A stretch of DNA of 64,000 bases from Desulfomonilia bacterium (GTDB lineage Bacteria; Desulfobacterota; Desulfomonilia; UBA1062): positions 576,001 to 640,000 of the forward strand of contig CAXXDQ010000004.1 of assembly GCA_963664325.2 (NCBI GenBank). The letters are read 5' to 3'. This document shows, piece by piece, positions 1-8,898 of the stretch (positions are counted from its first letter, which is position 1; every line of letters begins with the position of its first letter). Both the position numbers and the translations under genes were made by a program. The notes under the pieces were generated by a model that was not told the DNA's origin, did not search any database, and saw only the letters and a list, made by a program, of their open reading frames with translations.

Positions 1-1050
1 CAGCAAACATAATCAAACAAGCCATGCTTTCCATCGGGGGAGATGTCGCCGTCCACCATTCTGTCATATCAGGGAAGGTAGATTATTCTGATTGCGTTGT
101 CATGGGTGATCTCAGGCATTATGAAAATCTTGTCGGAAAGCTTGAGAACCAGCCGAATATGACTGAAATAGCAGGCATTATTAAAGAACAGCTGAATATA
201 AAAAGAACAAATCTAAAACTCAGACTCTGCTCCAGCACTTTAGAATGGGAAAAACGCCCGCTGATAATGGGAATTGTTAATGTAACACCGGATTCTTTCT
301 CTGACGGAGGCTTATATGCCGAGTCTGAAACGGCCATTGCCCGTGGGCTTGAATTAATCAGCCAGGGAGCGGATATTATCGATATTGGAGGTGAGTCTAC
401 AAGGCCTGGAGCATCTCCAGTAGATGAAAAATCAGAAATTCAAAGGGTATTGCCTGTTATAAAAGGAATTGTTTCGGGTTCGGATGTGCCGGTGAGCATT
501 GATACGAGAAATGCTGCCGTTGCCGAGTCTGCAATTGCTTCAGGCGCCTCGATAATCAATGATGTAAGTTCGATGACATATGATAAGAAAATGATTACTG
601 TTGCAAAAAGAACAGGGGCCGGAATAGTGCTGATGCATATGCGGGGCAATCCTGCGGATATGCAGAATAATACCTGTTACAGAGATGTTGTGGCAGAGAT
701 ATATGATTACCTCGAAGACAGGGTTAAGGTATGCCTCGAAGCAGGAATAGATCCTTTAGGCATAATCGTTGACCCTGGCATTGGTTTTGGTAAAGACCTT
801 GAAGGAAACCTAAGCCTGATAAAAACACATTGGGGAGTTTTCATCGCTTGGAATGCCGGTAATGCTTGGACATTCAAGGAAATCATTTATCGGCAAGGTT
901 CTTGATTCCAATGTTAATGAGCGGGAGGAAGGAACCGACGCGGTGACTTCCTGGGTGGCAGTTCAGGGGGTCGATATTGTACGCGTCCATGATGTTAAAA
1001 GAGCAAAGAAGACAATTGAGATGATCAACTCGATTTTAAAAAGCAGATGA
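1..1050 (+). CDS. folP: Dihydropteroate synthase with N-terminal extension; 5' end lies before the window; split by a +1 frameshift at the A5 run 821-825
   Basis: ORF 24..905 has MGIVNVTPDSFSDGG, IIDIGGESTRPG and DPGIGFGK. ORF 853..1050 has the C-terminal GHSRKSFI and IVRVHDV motifs. Removing one A from 821-825 joins them as ...LIKHIGEFSSLGMPV.... The frame is open back to base 3. Confidence 0.9.
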
Positions 1051-1418
1051 TAGCAGGCGTAGGTATAGACATAGTTGAGATAGAAAGGATACGGAACCTT
1101 ATCAACAGATATGGGAGCAGGTTTATTGACAGGGTTTTTTCGCCAAGTGAGATATTATATTGCCGTAATAAAAAAGACCCGTCAGGGAGTTTCGGAGCCA
1201 GGTTTGCCGTCAAGGAGGCTTTCGTCAAAGCACTTGGTACCGGTATGATCGAGGGTATGAAATTTAAAGACGTTGCCCTTGAATTCATAGACAGGCCGGA
1301 AATAAAACTCTCAGGTGTTGCTGAAACAATCGCAAAGACAAGAAGAATAGCCGCTATGCATACAAGTATTTCCCATGAAAAAGGGTATGCAATAGCCATA
1401 GTAATCCTGGAGGTGTGA
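1047..1418 (+). CDS. acpS: Holo-[acyl-carrier-protein] synthase
   Basis: GVGIDIVEIERI, ARFAVKEAFVKALGTG and SISHE motifs. Confidence 0.95.
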   Translation: MIAGVGIDIVEIERIRNLINRYGSRFIDRVFSPSEILYCRNKKDPSGSFGARFAVKEAFVKALGTGMIEGMKFKDVALEFIDRPEIKLSGVAETIAKTRRIAAMHTSISHEKGYAIAIVILEV

Positions 1419-1419
1419 T

Positions 1420-2952
1420 ATGAAATGTCTCTTTGCATCACAGATGAGAAGCGCGGACCAGGCGGCAATCGAAATGGGAATTCCCGCCATGGTACTTATG
1501 GAAAATGCCGGAAGGTCTGTTTTTGAAGAGGTTGCGAAAAGATGGACGCGCAACGATATTGAAAGGGTAATCATCATTGCGGGCAAGGGCAACAACGGAG
1601 GAGACGGATTCGTAGCGGCCAGGCATCTTTGGAATTCAGGTTATGATGTAAGTGTTTATCTTATAGGCAGGACTTCGGAGGTGAAGGACCATGCGCGGGT
1701 AAACCTCGATATAATAATCGCCATGGGCTTGCCGATAACAGTTGTGCTGGACGATGCTGACCTGGAATTGCTGAGAAGCGAACTGGGCTGCAGGAAGACA
1801 TATCTGTGTATAGATGCAGTTTTCGGTACCGGGCTTTCAAAAGAGGTAAAAGGTATTAACCGCTCTGTCATTGAATGCATCAATGACAGCAGCATGCCGG
1901 TTATTGCCGTGGACATACCGTCCGGCCTGGATGCCGACTCGGGTCTGCCTCTGGGTATTTCAGTCAGGGCTTCATTAACTGTGACATTTGGTTATCCCAA
2001 GGTCGGTCTGGTTTTGTCAAACGGCGTCCCTTATACAGGTGAACTCATCGTAAGCGATATTTCAATTCCCAGGGCTGTTGAAGACAACTCATGGAAAGTA
2101 AGACTGATGAAATCGGATATCCTTGAAAATATACCCATAAGAGGTCCGGAGGCACATAAGGGGGATTTCGGCAGGGTAACGGTCTTTGCAGGATCACCCG
2201 GTTTTACCGGAGCTGCCTGCCTTGCGTGCGAGGCGGCTTTGAGGGCGGGAGCGGGTCTAGTGACGTTATGTGTCCCTGCAGGACTGAATCCTGTTATGGA
2301 AATAAAACTGACAGAGGCAATGACAAGACCTTTTGGCGACCCGGCTGAATTTCATTTTTCACTTTCAATGATCGAAGAGGCCTTTGACATCCTGAAAAAA
2401 TCAGATGCGGTAATCGCCGGTCCGGGCATAGGAACATCGGAGCAGACATTTGAATTTGTTCGTGAGCTTATCGGCAATTGTGATAAACCCATGGTGATTG
2501 ATGCAGACGCACTTTCAATTCTGGCGTCAAAACACATGAAATTGAAAGTCCCTGCCGTGCTCACCCCTCATCCGGGTGAGATGTCCAGGCTTATAGGATG
2601 GGACACCCAATCGATTAACCGTGACAGGATCGGGGCGGCAGAACAATGTGCATCTACATATAACGCTGTTACCGTAATAAAGGGATTCAGGACAGTCATT
2701 GTTTCTCCGGATGGAGATATTGCAATAAACCCCACAGGGTCAAACAATATGGCATCAGGCGGGATGGGAGATGTTCTGTCGGGTATCATCGGCGCTTACC
2801 TTGCCCAGGGGCTTTCGCCGTTTAATGCCGCCTGCCTTGGCGTGTACATTCATGGCCTGGCATCAGACATGGTCTCTGAAACAATGGCCAGAGGACAGAT
2901 TGCATCTGATCTGCTGGTAAAGATTCCCCAAATAGTCAAAATTAGCAGATGA
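1420..2952 (+). CDS. nnr: Bifunctional NAD(P)H-hydrate epimerase/dehydratase (YjeF)
   Basis: LMENAG, GKGNNGGDG, DIPSG, HKGDFG, DADAL, LTPHPGEM and GGMGDVLSG motifs. Confidence 0.95.
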   Translation: MKCLFASQMRSADQAAIEMGIPAMVLMENAGRSVFEEVAKRWTRNDIERVIIIAGKGNNGGDGFVAARHLWNSGYDVSVYLIGRTSEVKDHARVNLDIIIAMGLPITVVLDDADLELLRSELGCRKTYLCIDAVFGTGLSKEVKGINRSVIECINDSSMPVIAVDIPSGLDADSGLPLGISVRASLTVTFGYPKVGLVLSNGVPYTGELIVSDISIPRAVEDNSWKVRLMKSDILENIPIRGPEAHKGDFGRVTVFAGSPGFTGAACLACEAALRAGAGLVTLCVPAGLNPVMEIKLTEAMTRPFGDPAEFHFSLSMIEEAFDILKKSDAVIAGPGIGTSEQTFEFVRELIGNCDKPMVIDADALSILASKHMKLKVPAVLTPHPGEMSRLIGWDTQSINRDRIGAAEQCASTYNAVTVIKGFRTVIVSPDGDIAINPTGSNNMASGGMGDVLSGIIGAYLAQGLSPFNAACLGVYIHGLASDMVSETMARGQIASDLLVKIPQIVKISR

Positions 2953-3395
2953 TTAAGGAAATAATAACCGGGAGTCCCCAGGAAACCTTTAGTGTCGGGG
3001 AAAAGGTCGCTGTATTATTAAAGGGTGGCGAAACGATACTTCTTACAGGCGACCTGGGAGCCGGAAAGACAATGTTTGTTAAAGGAATTGCCAGCGGTCT
3101 CGGAGTGGACCCTTTAACACCCGTGGTCAGTCCGACATTCACGCTGATTAATCTTTATAAGGCCAGGATTGATATCGTACATGCCGATTTATACAGGCTG
3201 GACCCGGAAGGAATTTTCGGACTTGGTATTGAAGAGTACATGGACAATTCTCATATCATCATGGTAGAATGGGCCGATATATCGGAGGGCTACTTCAAAG
3301 GAAACCTTCTCAGGATTAAAATTGAATATTTGGAACAAAACAGAAGGAAGATAATCCTTGGCGGGAATATCATCAGAGAAGAAAACTGGAGGTAG
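2949..3395 (+). CDS. tsaE: tRNA threonylcarbamoyladenosine biosynthesis ATPase
   Basis: GDLGAGKT, SPTFTL, HADLYRL and VEW motifs; follows nnr. Confidence 0.95.
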   Translation: MIKEIITGSPQETFSVGEKVAVLLKGGETILLTGDLGAGKTMFVKGIASGLGVDPLTPVVSPTFTLINLYKARIDIVHADLYRLDPEGIFGLGIEEYMDNSHIIMVEWADISEGYFKGNLLRIKIEYLEQNRRKIILGGNIIREENWR

Positions 3396-3402
3396 GATAC
3401 AT

Positions 3403-4638
3403 ATGGCGCTGGTTGTACAAAAGTATGGTGGAACATCGGTAGGAAGCGTTGAAAAAATTAAGAATGTGGCTTCAAAGGTAGCGAAGTATTACCGGGAGGG
3501 CAACAGTGTTGCGGTTGTTGTTTCGGCCATGTCGGGGCAGACTGACAAACTTATTAACCTGGCCAATGAATTATCTCCCAGGCCTGACCCGAGAGAACTT
3601 GACGTTATTGTTTCAACAGGCGAGCAGGTAAGCATTGCTTTGCTTGCCATGGCATTAAAAGACCTCGGTGTGCCTGCACGCTCGGTATTGGGATTTCAGA
3701 TTCCGATCATTACCGACAGGGCCTACACAAAGGCCAGAATTGAATCAATTACCGACGAGCTGCTTAAAAAGGTTTTTTCTGCAGGAGAAGTGGCGGTTGT
3801 AGCCGGATTCCAGGGGATTACAGATGATGGTGATATAACGACACTTGGCCGCGGTGGATCTGATACATCTGCGGTTGCCCTTGCAGCTGCATTAAAGGCC
3901 GATATCTGCGAGATATACACTGATGTTGACGGCGTTTATACAAGCGATCCCAACATATGCAAAAAGGCTAGAAGGCTCGACAGGATATCTTATGAAGAAA
4001 TGCTCGAAATGGCATCTCTCGGGGCAAAGGTCCTGCAGACGAGATCTGTCGAATTCGCTAAAAAATACAACGTACCTGTTATAGTAAAAAGTACCTTCAC
4101 AGACGAGGGTGGCACACTTGTAACCAAGGAGGACAGTGACATGGAAAGGGAACTGGTATCGGGAATAACCTATGACAAGAACGAAGCGAAAATCTCCATG
4201 CTGGCGATTCCGGACAGGCCGGGCGTAGCCGCCGAGATATTTACAGCCCTTGCTGAGAAAAACATCAATGTTGATATGATCATTCAGAACGTATCGGTTG
4301 ACGGCAAGTGCGCCGACCTGAGCTTTACGGTGACCAAAAGCGATTTCCAGACCGCTATGGAAATCGTCAAAAAAGAGGGTGAAAAACTCAAAGCAAAAGA
4401 CATAATAGGAGACACGTCAATTGCCAAAATCTCAATTGTCGGCGTTGGAATGCGGTCACATGCCGGAGTTGCCGCACGCATGTTCAATGCACTTTCAAAA
4501 GTGGGAATAAACATACAGATGATATCCACATCTGAAATTAAGGTGTCGTGTGTTATTGATGAAAAATTTATCGAGCTCGGCGTAAGAGAGCTTCACGAAG
4601 AATTCACACTGGACAGACCGGGGGGAATAGTTGAGTAA
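3403..4638 (+). CDS. lysC: Aspartate kinase (two ACT domains)
   Basis: MALVVQKYGGTSVG, TTLGRGGSDTSA, DVDGVY and STSEIK motifs; ATG at 3403 after GGAGG. Confidence 0.95.
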   Translation: MALVVQKYGGTSVGSVEKIKNVASKVAKYYREGNSVAVVVSAMSGQTDKLINLANELSPRPDPRELDVIVSTGEQVSIALLAMALKDLGVPARSVLGFQIPIITDRAYTKARIESITDELLKKVFSAGEVAVVAGFQGITDDGDITTLGRGGSDTSAVALAAALKADICEIYTDVDGVYTSDPNICKKARRLDRISYEEMLEMASLGAKVLQTRSVEFAKKYNVPVIVKSTFTDEGGTLVTKEDSDMERELVSGITYDKNEAKISMLAIPDRPGVAAEIFTALAEKNINVDMIIQNVSVDGKCADLSFTVTKSDFQTAMEIVKKEGEKLKAKDIIGDTSIAKISIVGVGMRSHAGVAARMFNALSKVGINIQMISTSEIKVSCVIDEKFIELGVRELHEEFTLDRPGGIVE

Positions 4639-6202
4639 GATCGAGATATACGATACATCGCTAAGAGACGGAGCCCAGTCAGAAGATATAGCTTTTTCAT
4701 TTGATGATAAGTGCGCCGTTGTTCAGAAACTGGACCAGTTGGGTGTCGATTTTATTGAAGCCGGATGGCCTGGTGCAAATCCAAAAGACGACAGGCTTTT
4801 TAAATCGCTAAGGAAACTTAAAATTAAAAATGCCAAGGTCATGGCCTTTGGAAGCACATGTAAACCAGGCAGTATTGTTGAAAATGATTTGATAATCGAA
4901 GCCCTTGCCGATTCATGCCCGGACGGTATCACCATATTCGGCAAATCATGGGATTTTCATGTAAGGAAAGGTCTCAGATGCTCTTTGAAAGAGAATCTCA
5001 GAATAATCAAGGAAACTTCTCTTTATTTAAAAAACAGATGTCCCCTTTTATTCTTTGATGCCGAGCATTTTTTTGACGGATTCAGGGCAAACAGGGAGTT
5101 TGCCCTGGCTACGCTGAAGGCGGCAGTCGATGGAGGGGCAGACAGGGTTATACTTTGTGATACCAACGGAGGGTCATTACCGGTTTTTATTTCTGAAGTG
5201 GTCCAGGAAGTTAAGAAACATATAACAGCCGGGATTGGAATCCATTGCCACAATGACGGAGACCTTGCAGTAGCCAATTCCATATCAGCGGTAAACGCAG
5301 GGGCTTCACAGGTACATGGCACGATAAACGGCATCGGCGAAAGGTGTGGAAATGCAAACCTGTGCTCGCTTATACCCACTCTCTCGCTGAAAATGGGATA
5401 TGAGACAATCCCCGAAGAAAATCTTGCTCTGGTAACAGACGTGTCACGTTTCATTGAAGAGATCGCCAACCTCTCCCACAACAAACATCAGCCTTATGTA
5501 GGAAAATCGGCATTTGCACATAAAGGCGGTATACATGTGAGTGCAATATTGAATGAACCCGAAAGTTATGAGCATATCGACCCTCTTTTGATAGGAAACC
5601 AGAGAAAAGTTCTTGTTTCAGAGTTATCTGGGAAAAGCAATATCCTTTTCAAGGCCAGGGAATTCAATCTTGATATTTCAAGCGACAGAACAGCAACACA
5701 GGAAATTGTTAAAATCATTAAAGAACTTGAGGATTACGGTTTTCAGTTTGAAGGTGCGGATGCGTCCCTTGAACTGCTGATGAAAAAAGCCATAGGCTTG
5801 CATACACGATATTTCAAACTCAAGGGATTCAGGGTGATTACCGACAAGCGCAGTGAGGGTACGGAGCCTCTTTCTGAAGCGACTATAATGATTGAAGTGG
5901 ATGGCAACATCGAGCACACGGCCGCTTTGGGAAACGGCCCGGTCAACGCCCTGGACAATGCACTCAGGAAGGCGCTCAAGAATTTCTATCCCAGGATTAA
6001 GGAAGTCAAACTTCTTGATTATAAGGTCAGGGTCGTTTCATCAAAGCAGGGTACGGAATCCGTTGTCCGGGTACTGATAGAATCCGGGGATAAAAGCGGC
6101 AGCTGGAATACGGTGGGCGTATCGAGCAACATAATAGAGGCGTCGTGGATGGCCCTGGTGGACAGCATGGATTATAAGCTTTTCAAAGATCTTGAAACCT
6201 GA
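4631..6202 (+). CDS. cimA: Citramalate synthase (LeuA/CimA family)
   Basis: YDTSLRDGAQSE, IFGKSWDFHV, FDAEHFFDG, HCHND and AFAHKGGIH motifs; lysC-cimA order. Confidence 0.9.
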   Translation: MSKIEIYDTSLRDGAQSEDIAFSFDDKCAVVQKLDQLGVDFIEAGWPGANPKDDRLFKSLRKLKIKNAKVMAFGSTCKPGSIVENDLIIEALADSCPDGITIFGKSWDFHVRKGLRCSLKENLRIIKETSLYLKNRCPLLFFDAEHFFDGFRANREFALATLKAAVDGGADRVILCDTNGGSLPVFISEVVQEVKKHITAGIGIHCHNDGDLAVANSISAVNAGASQVHGTINGIGERCGNANLCSLIPTLSLKMGYETIPEENLALVTDVSRFIEEIANLSHNKHQPYVGKSAFAHKGGIHVSAILNEPESYEHIDPLLIGNQRKVLVSELSGKSNILFKAREFNLDISSDRTATQEIVKIIKELEDYGFQFEGADASLELLMKKAIGLHTRYFKLKGFRVITDKRSEGTEPLSEATIMIEVDGNIEHTAALGNGPVNALDNALRKALKNFYPRIKEVKLLDYKVRVVSSKQGTESVVRVLIESGDKSGSWNTVGVSSNIIEASWMALVDSMDYKLFKDLET

Positions 6203-6285
6203 ATTTTTCAAAAATAAAGCCTAATCCTTCCCGACTTTCGTCCGATATGTCTATTAACAGGACAGGACAAAGGGGGATATGATAC

Positions 6286-6573
6286 ATGATTCAGACCGAG
6301 AGACCGAAGGTAGAGTTCCAGGGCATGCGCAAATGGCTTAAAAAGGGGGAATATATAATCTCTACAATATCAGAAGACGGAACCATCTGGACATTTACAA
6401 CCGATACCATTCCAATTTTTGATTTCAGGACAACAAAGATATTCCAGGCCCAGGAATCGGGCATGGCTGAAATAAAAGGTGTGGAGCGGGGGGAAGAATT
6501 CTTTTTCTCGATCCAGGGTATAAAGGTTTCAAAAGTTTACGATTTTTACTTTCAGGAAGACAGTCCCGAATAA
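6286..6573 (+). CDS. Hypothetical protein, 95 aa
   Basis: ORF with AAGGGGG RBS, upstream sigma28-like motif and downstream hairpin. Confidence 0.7.
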   Translation: MIQTERPKVEFQGMRKWLKKGEYIISTISEDGTIWTFTTDTIPIFDFRTTKIFQAQESGMAEIKGVERGEEFFFSIQGIKVSKVYDFYFQEDSPE

Positions 6574-6609
6574 AATAACCTCTGGCTGAAAAATCAATCA
6601 AACATGGAA

Positions 6610-6634
6610 AAGAAGGGGCTTGAAGCCCTTTCTT
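6610..6634. terminator. Hairpin between convergent genes
   Basis: AGAAGGGGCT-TGA-AGCCCTTTCT flanked by A- and T-rich sequence. Confidence 0.55.
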
Positions 6635-6864
6635 CATTTTATAAGATTAACAAGTATATTTACTAGAACGGTTAAAATCAGTTCAATCATCACAGCAAAG
6701 GGAATACGGGATCTTCCCTTGGATTTCTTAATCATACTGGTTTCATAAATAAAATACCCCAGTAATATGAGCAGGACAAAAACAAGAGAAAGGATATTAA
6801 GATATATCAGGACGCTGTAACTGAACCATACGCAAACCGGTATTAGGATAATTATCCACCACAT
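6634..6864 (-). CDS. Small hydrophobic membrane protein
   Basis: 76 aa with 2-3 hydrophobic segments and a basic loop. Confidence 0.55.
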   Translation of the reverse strand: MWWIIILIPVCVWFSYSVLIYLNILSLVFVLLILLGYFIYETSMIKKSKGRSRIPFAVMIELILTVLVNILVNLIK

Positions 6865-6981
6865 GATGCTAAATCAAATAACACATAAAAAGACTATAAG
6901 AAAGTCAGTATTTTACCTCAAAAGCAGAGGGTATTTTGAACTTGAAATTTTATTTTAACCGTGACATAGGGAGTCTTCATC

Positions 6982-7054
6982 GAGCCAGTAGCTCAGTTGG
7001 TAGAGCACCTGACTTTTAATCCGGTGGTCGAGGGTTCGAGTCCCTCCTGGCTCA
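6982..7054 (+). tRNA. tRNA-Lys (anticodon TTT), CCA not encoded
   Basis: Acceptor GAGCCAG/CTGGCTC, D arm GCTC-AGTTGGTA-GAGC, anticodon loop CT-TTT-AA, T arm GAGGG-TTCGAGT-CCCTC. Confidence 0.95.
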
Positions 7055-7066
7055 CTTGAGCGATGT

Positions 7067-7145
<79 letters not shown>

Positions 7146-7153
7146 GTAATAAC

Positions 7154-7185
7154 AATAGGTTAGACCGTTTGATCTAACCTATTTT
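7154..7185 (+). terminator. Element-supplied terminator after tRNA-Glu
   Basis: AATAGGTTAGA-N8-TCTAACCTATT followed by Ts. Confidence 0.7.
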
Positions 7186-7198
7186 CATTTTAAGGCAT

Positions 7199-7222
7199 GT
7201 TGTCCCCACGCTATTCCCCACA
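7199..7222. promoter_or_regulatory. Putative integrase arm-type binding sites (left)
   Basis: GTTGTCCCCACGCTATTCCCCACA, tandem TCCCCAC; near-identical copy at 14945..14970. Confidence 0.7.
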
Positions 7223-7371
7223 GGCAAACCTAATTTCCCCTTTTTTCTTAAGAAGTATCTCGCCTGAGAATTGAATAACTTTTTAAGTTTCATAATAGGC
7301 AGTTACACAGTTGGCCCATAAATGGAAATGAAGAAAACTCCAAGGGGGATTCACTCTTTAACACATATTTC

Positions 7372-7384
7372 TATCAGTATATTA
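7372..7384 (+). promoter_or_regulatory. IHF consensus site
   Basis: TATCAGTATATTA matches WATCARNNNNTTR exactly. Confidence 0.5.
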
Positions 7385-7464
7385 CGTTTTCCGTACCGCC
7401 CAACTTTCAGGTTGAAATACCTGTAAAACCTCATTAAGATTGATTCTGTAACAGTATGTCACAT

Positions 7465-7538
7465 GGAAATTTATCCTTTTCCAGCGGGACCCCTCGAGGT
7501 ACTGTAAACCGCAAAGCAAAAACCCGCAACAGGACCCG
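7465..7538 (-). other. Lambda-like cosQ/cosN packaging site (putative)
   Basis: Minus strand reads CGGGTCCT-N30-ACCTCGAGGGGTCCCGCT...AAATTTCC; lambda reads CGGGTCCT-N31-ACCTCGCGGGTTTTCGCT...AATTTTCC. Confidence 0.55.
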
Positions 7539-7704
7539 CTCCATAGGCAGGCCCTTGAAGCAGTCTTAAAGGTTTGTAACATCTACCCGGCAAGTTATGC
7601 AGGGGCATCATGGAGCCTTAGACCTATTAATCATTTAACATACTGTTTATATTAAAAGTAATTGAACTATTCAACAACAAGGCATTGTTAACAATGTCAC
7701 ACTC

Positions 7705-7938
7705 TCGGGACTTCGGGACATTGAAAAAGCAAAGTCCCGACCCGTAGGCCCTTTTCTTTGCCGGGCTTATGGAAAATCTCGGGACTTCGGGACATATATA
7801 AAAGATTAATACTCTTTTTTTTATTATATAATGATTTTTAACAGTTTTCTTAAAAACAAAGTCCCGAAGTCCCGAAAACTAGTAATGATGATTGTTTGCA
7901 GGCGGGACATTGAAAAAGCAAAGTCCCGAATGTCCCGA
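7705..7938. repeat. Iteron array, probable replication origin of the element
   Basis: Ten copies of (T)CGGGAC/GTCCCGA in both orientations around an AT-rich core at 7794-7860; 27-bp direct repeat at 7714..7740 and 7903..7929. Confidence 0.8.
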
Positions 7939-8047
7939 CCCCTGTGCTGATATCGGATATTGAAGGGCTTGCAGCAGACCATAAGTGTTAACGGTTGCCT
8001 GGTTCATTTTATTAATATCTTAATACTTAAATACCGATAAACCTTTC

Positions 8048-8191
8048 ATGGTTCGCATACCGATTGTATTAACCGCCGATCAATTAGAAATGCTCCGAAA
8101 GATATTTCAAACTGAATCTGTAATTACCGAAGCCTTGGCCGAACAGATAAGAAATATCATTCTTGTTTGGGAAGAGTTAGGAGAGAAATAA
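8048..8191 (+). CDS. 47-aa putative ribbon-helix-helix protein (below ORF-track cutoff)
   Basis: MVRIPIVLTADQLEMLRKIFQTESVITEALAEQIRNIILVWEELGEK; followed by hairpin CACAGCCGG..CCGGCTGTG; no clear RBS. Confidence 0.4.
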   Translation: MVRIPIVLTADQLEMLRKIFQTESVITEALAEQIRNIILVWEELGEK

Positions 8192-8319
8192 AAGGCACAG
8201 CCGGTTATATTTGCCCGGCTGTGTGTGGTTCATCCCTTCTATGGCAGGGCTGTAATCCAGATTAGAAATTCTTTGTTGAGTTAGGGTTTTTTCACCAAAG
8301 CGAGCCTTTTAAAGATTGT

Positions 8320-8832
8320 TTATAAAACCTTTATGAAAACATTTATTTTTTTGTTTGGAATTTCAGCGGAATCCATGTCTTTAATGACATAACCCGTCAG
8401 CGCGAAAGGCGAGTTGCAGCTACAATGGGCACCTCTATATCCTGAGCCATGATCGCGACCACGAAGCAAACCATGATGATGCCACGTTTGACAATAGGGG
8501 CAGAAAATCTCAATATCGCCGCCTGCTGTATGATAACCTTCCACCGTGGGTATCGGAACATCCTTTTTTTTGTTCCACAAATCCCGTGACATGGAAATGC
8601 CATAAATTTCAACCAAACGTCTCCATTCAGTGAGACAGGCAGGGCGGCCTTTGCAATTTCGACAAGTTAACTCGCTACAAGTTACAATGACTTGATCGGC
8701 GTCGTGTTGTGCTGTGCAAAATTGCCACCACTTACAGGTTTTACATTTTTTGGGACGGAATATTTTAATATCTTCACCACTGGGATTTTTAAAAATCTTA
8801 TTCATATTTTTCCTTTGGGGAATCCTCCCCAC
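8320..8832 (-). CDS. Cys/His-rich hypothetical protein (putative zinc-binding, phage-type)
   Basis: CKTC, CRNC, CPYCQTWHHHG and RGAHC clusters. Confidence 0.7.
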   Translation of the reverse strand: MGRIPQRKNMNKIFKNPSGEDIKIFRPKKCKTCKWWQFCTAQHDADQVIVTCSELTCRNCKGRPACLTEWRRLVEIYGISMSRDLWNKKKDVPIPTVEGYHTAGGDIEIFCPYCQTWHHHGLLRGRDHGSGYRGAHCSCNSPFALTGYVIKDMDSAEIPNKKINVFIKVL

Positions 8833-8898
8833 TGTTTAAAAAATCTTTTAATGACCCTTCATTTCCGCTTTACCTTTGTAGTCTTGTCTCTGGGATAC

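Noticed and set aside
815-860. Programmed frameshifting in folP
   Set aside because: No canonical slippery heptamer or stimulatory structure seen; a homopolymer indel is simpler.
7382-7582. 66-aa minus-strand ORF in the element's left arm
   Set aside because: No RBS or motif; overlaps the cos-like cis sequence.
7705-7938. Possible CRISPR mini-array (27-bp repeat twice)
   Set aside because: Only two copies 189 bp apart, built from heptamers in both orientations, with no cas genes; fits iterons better.
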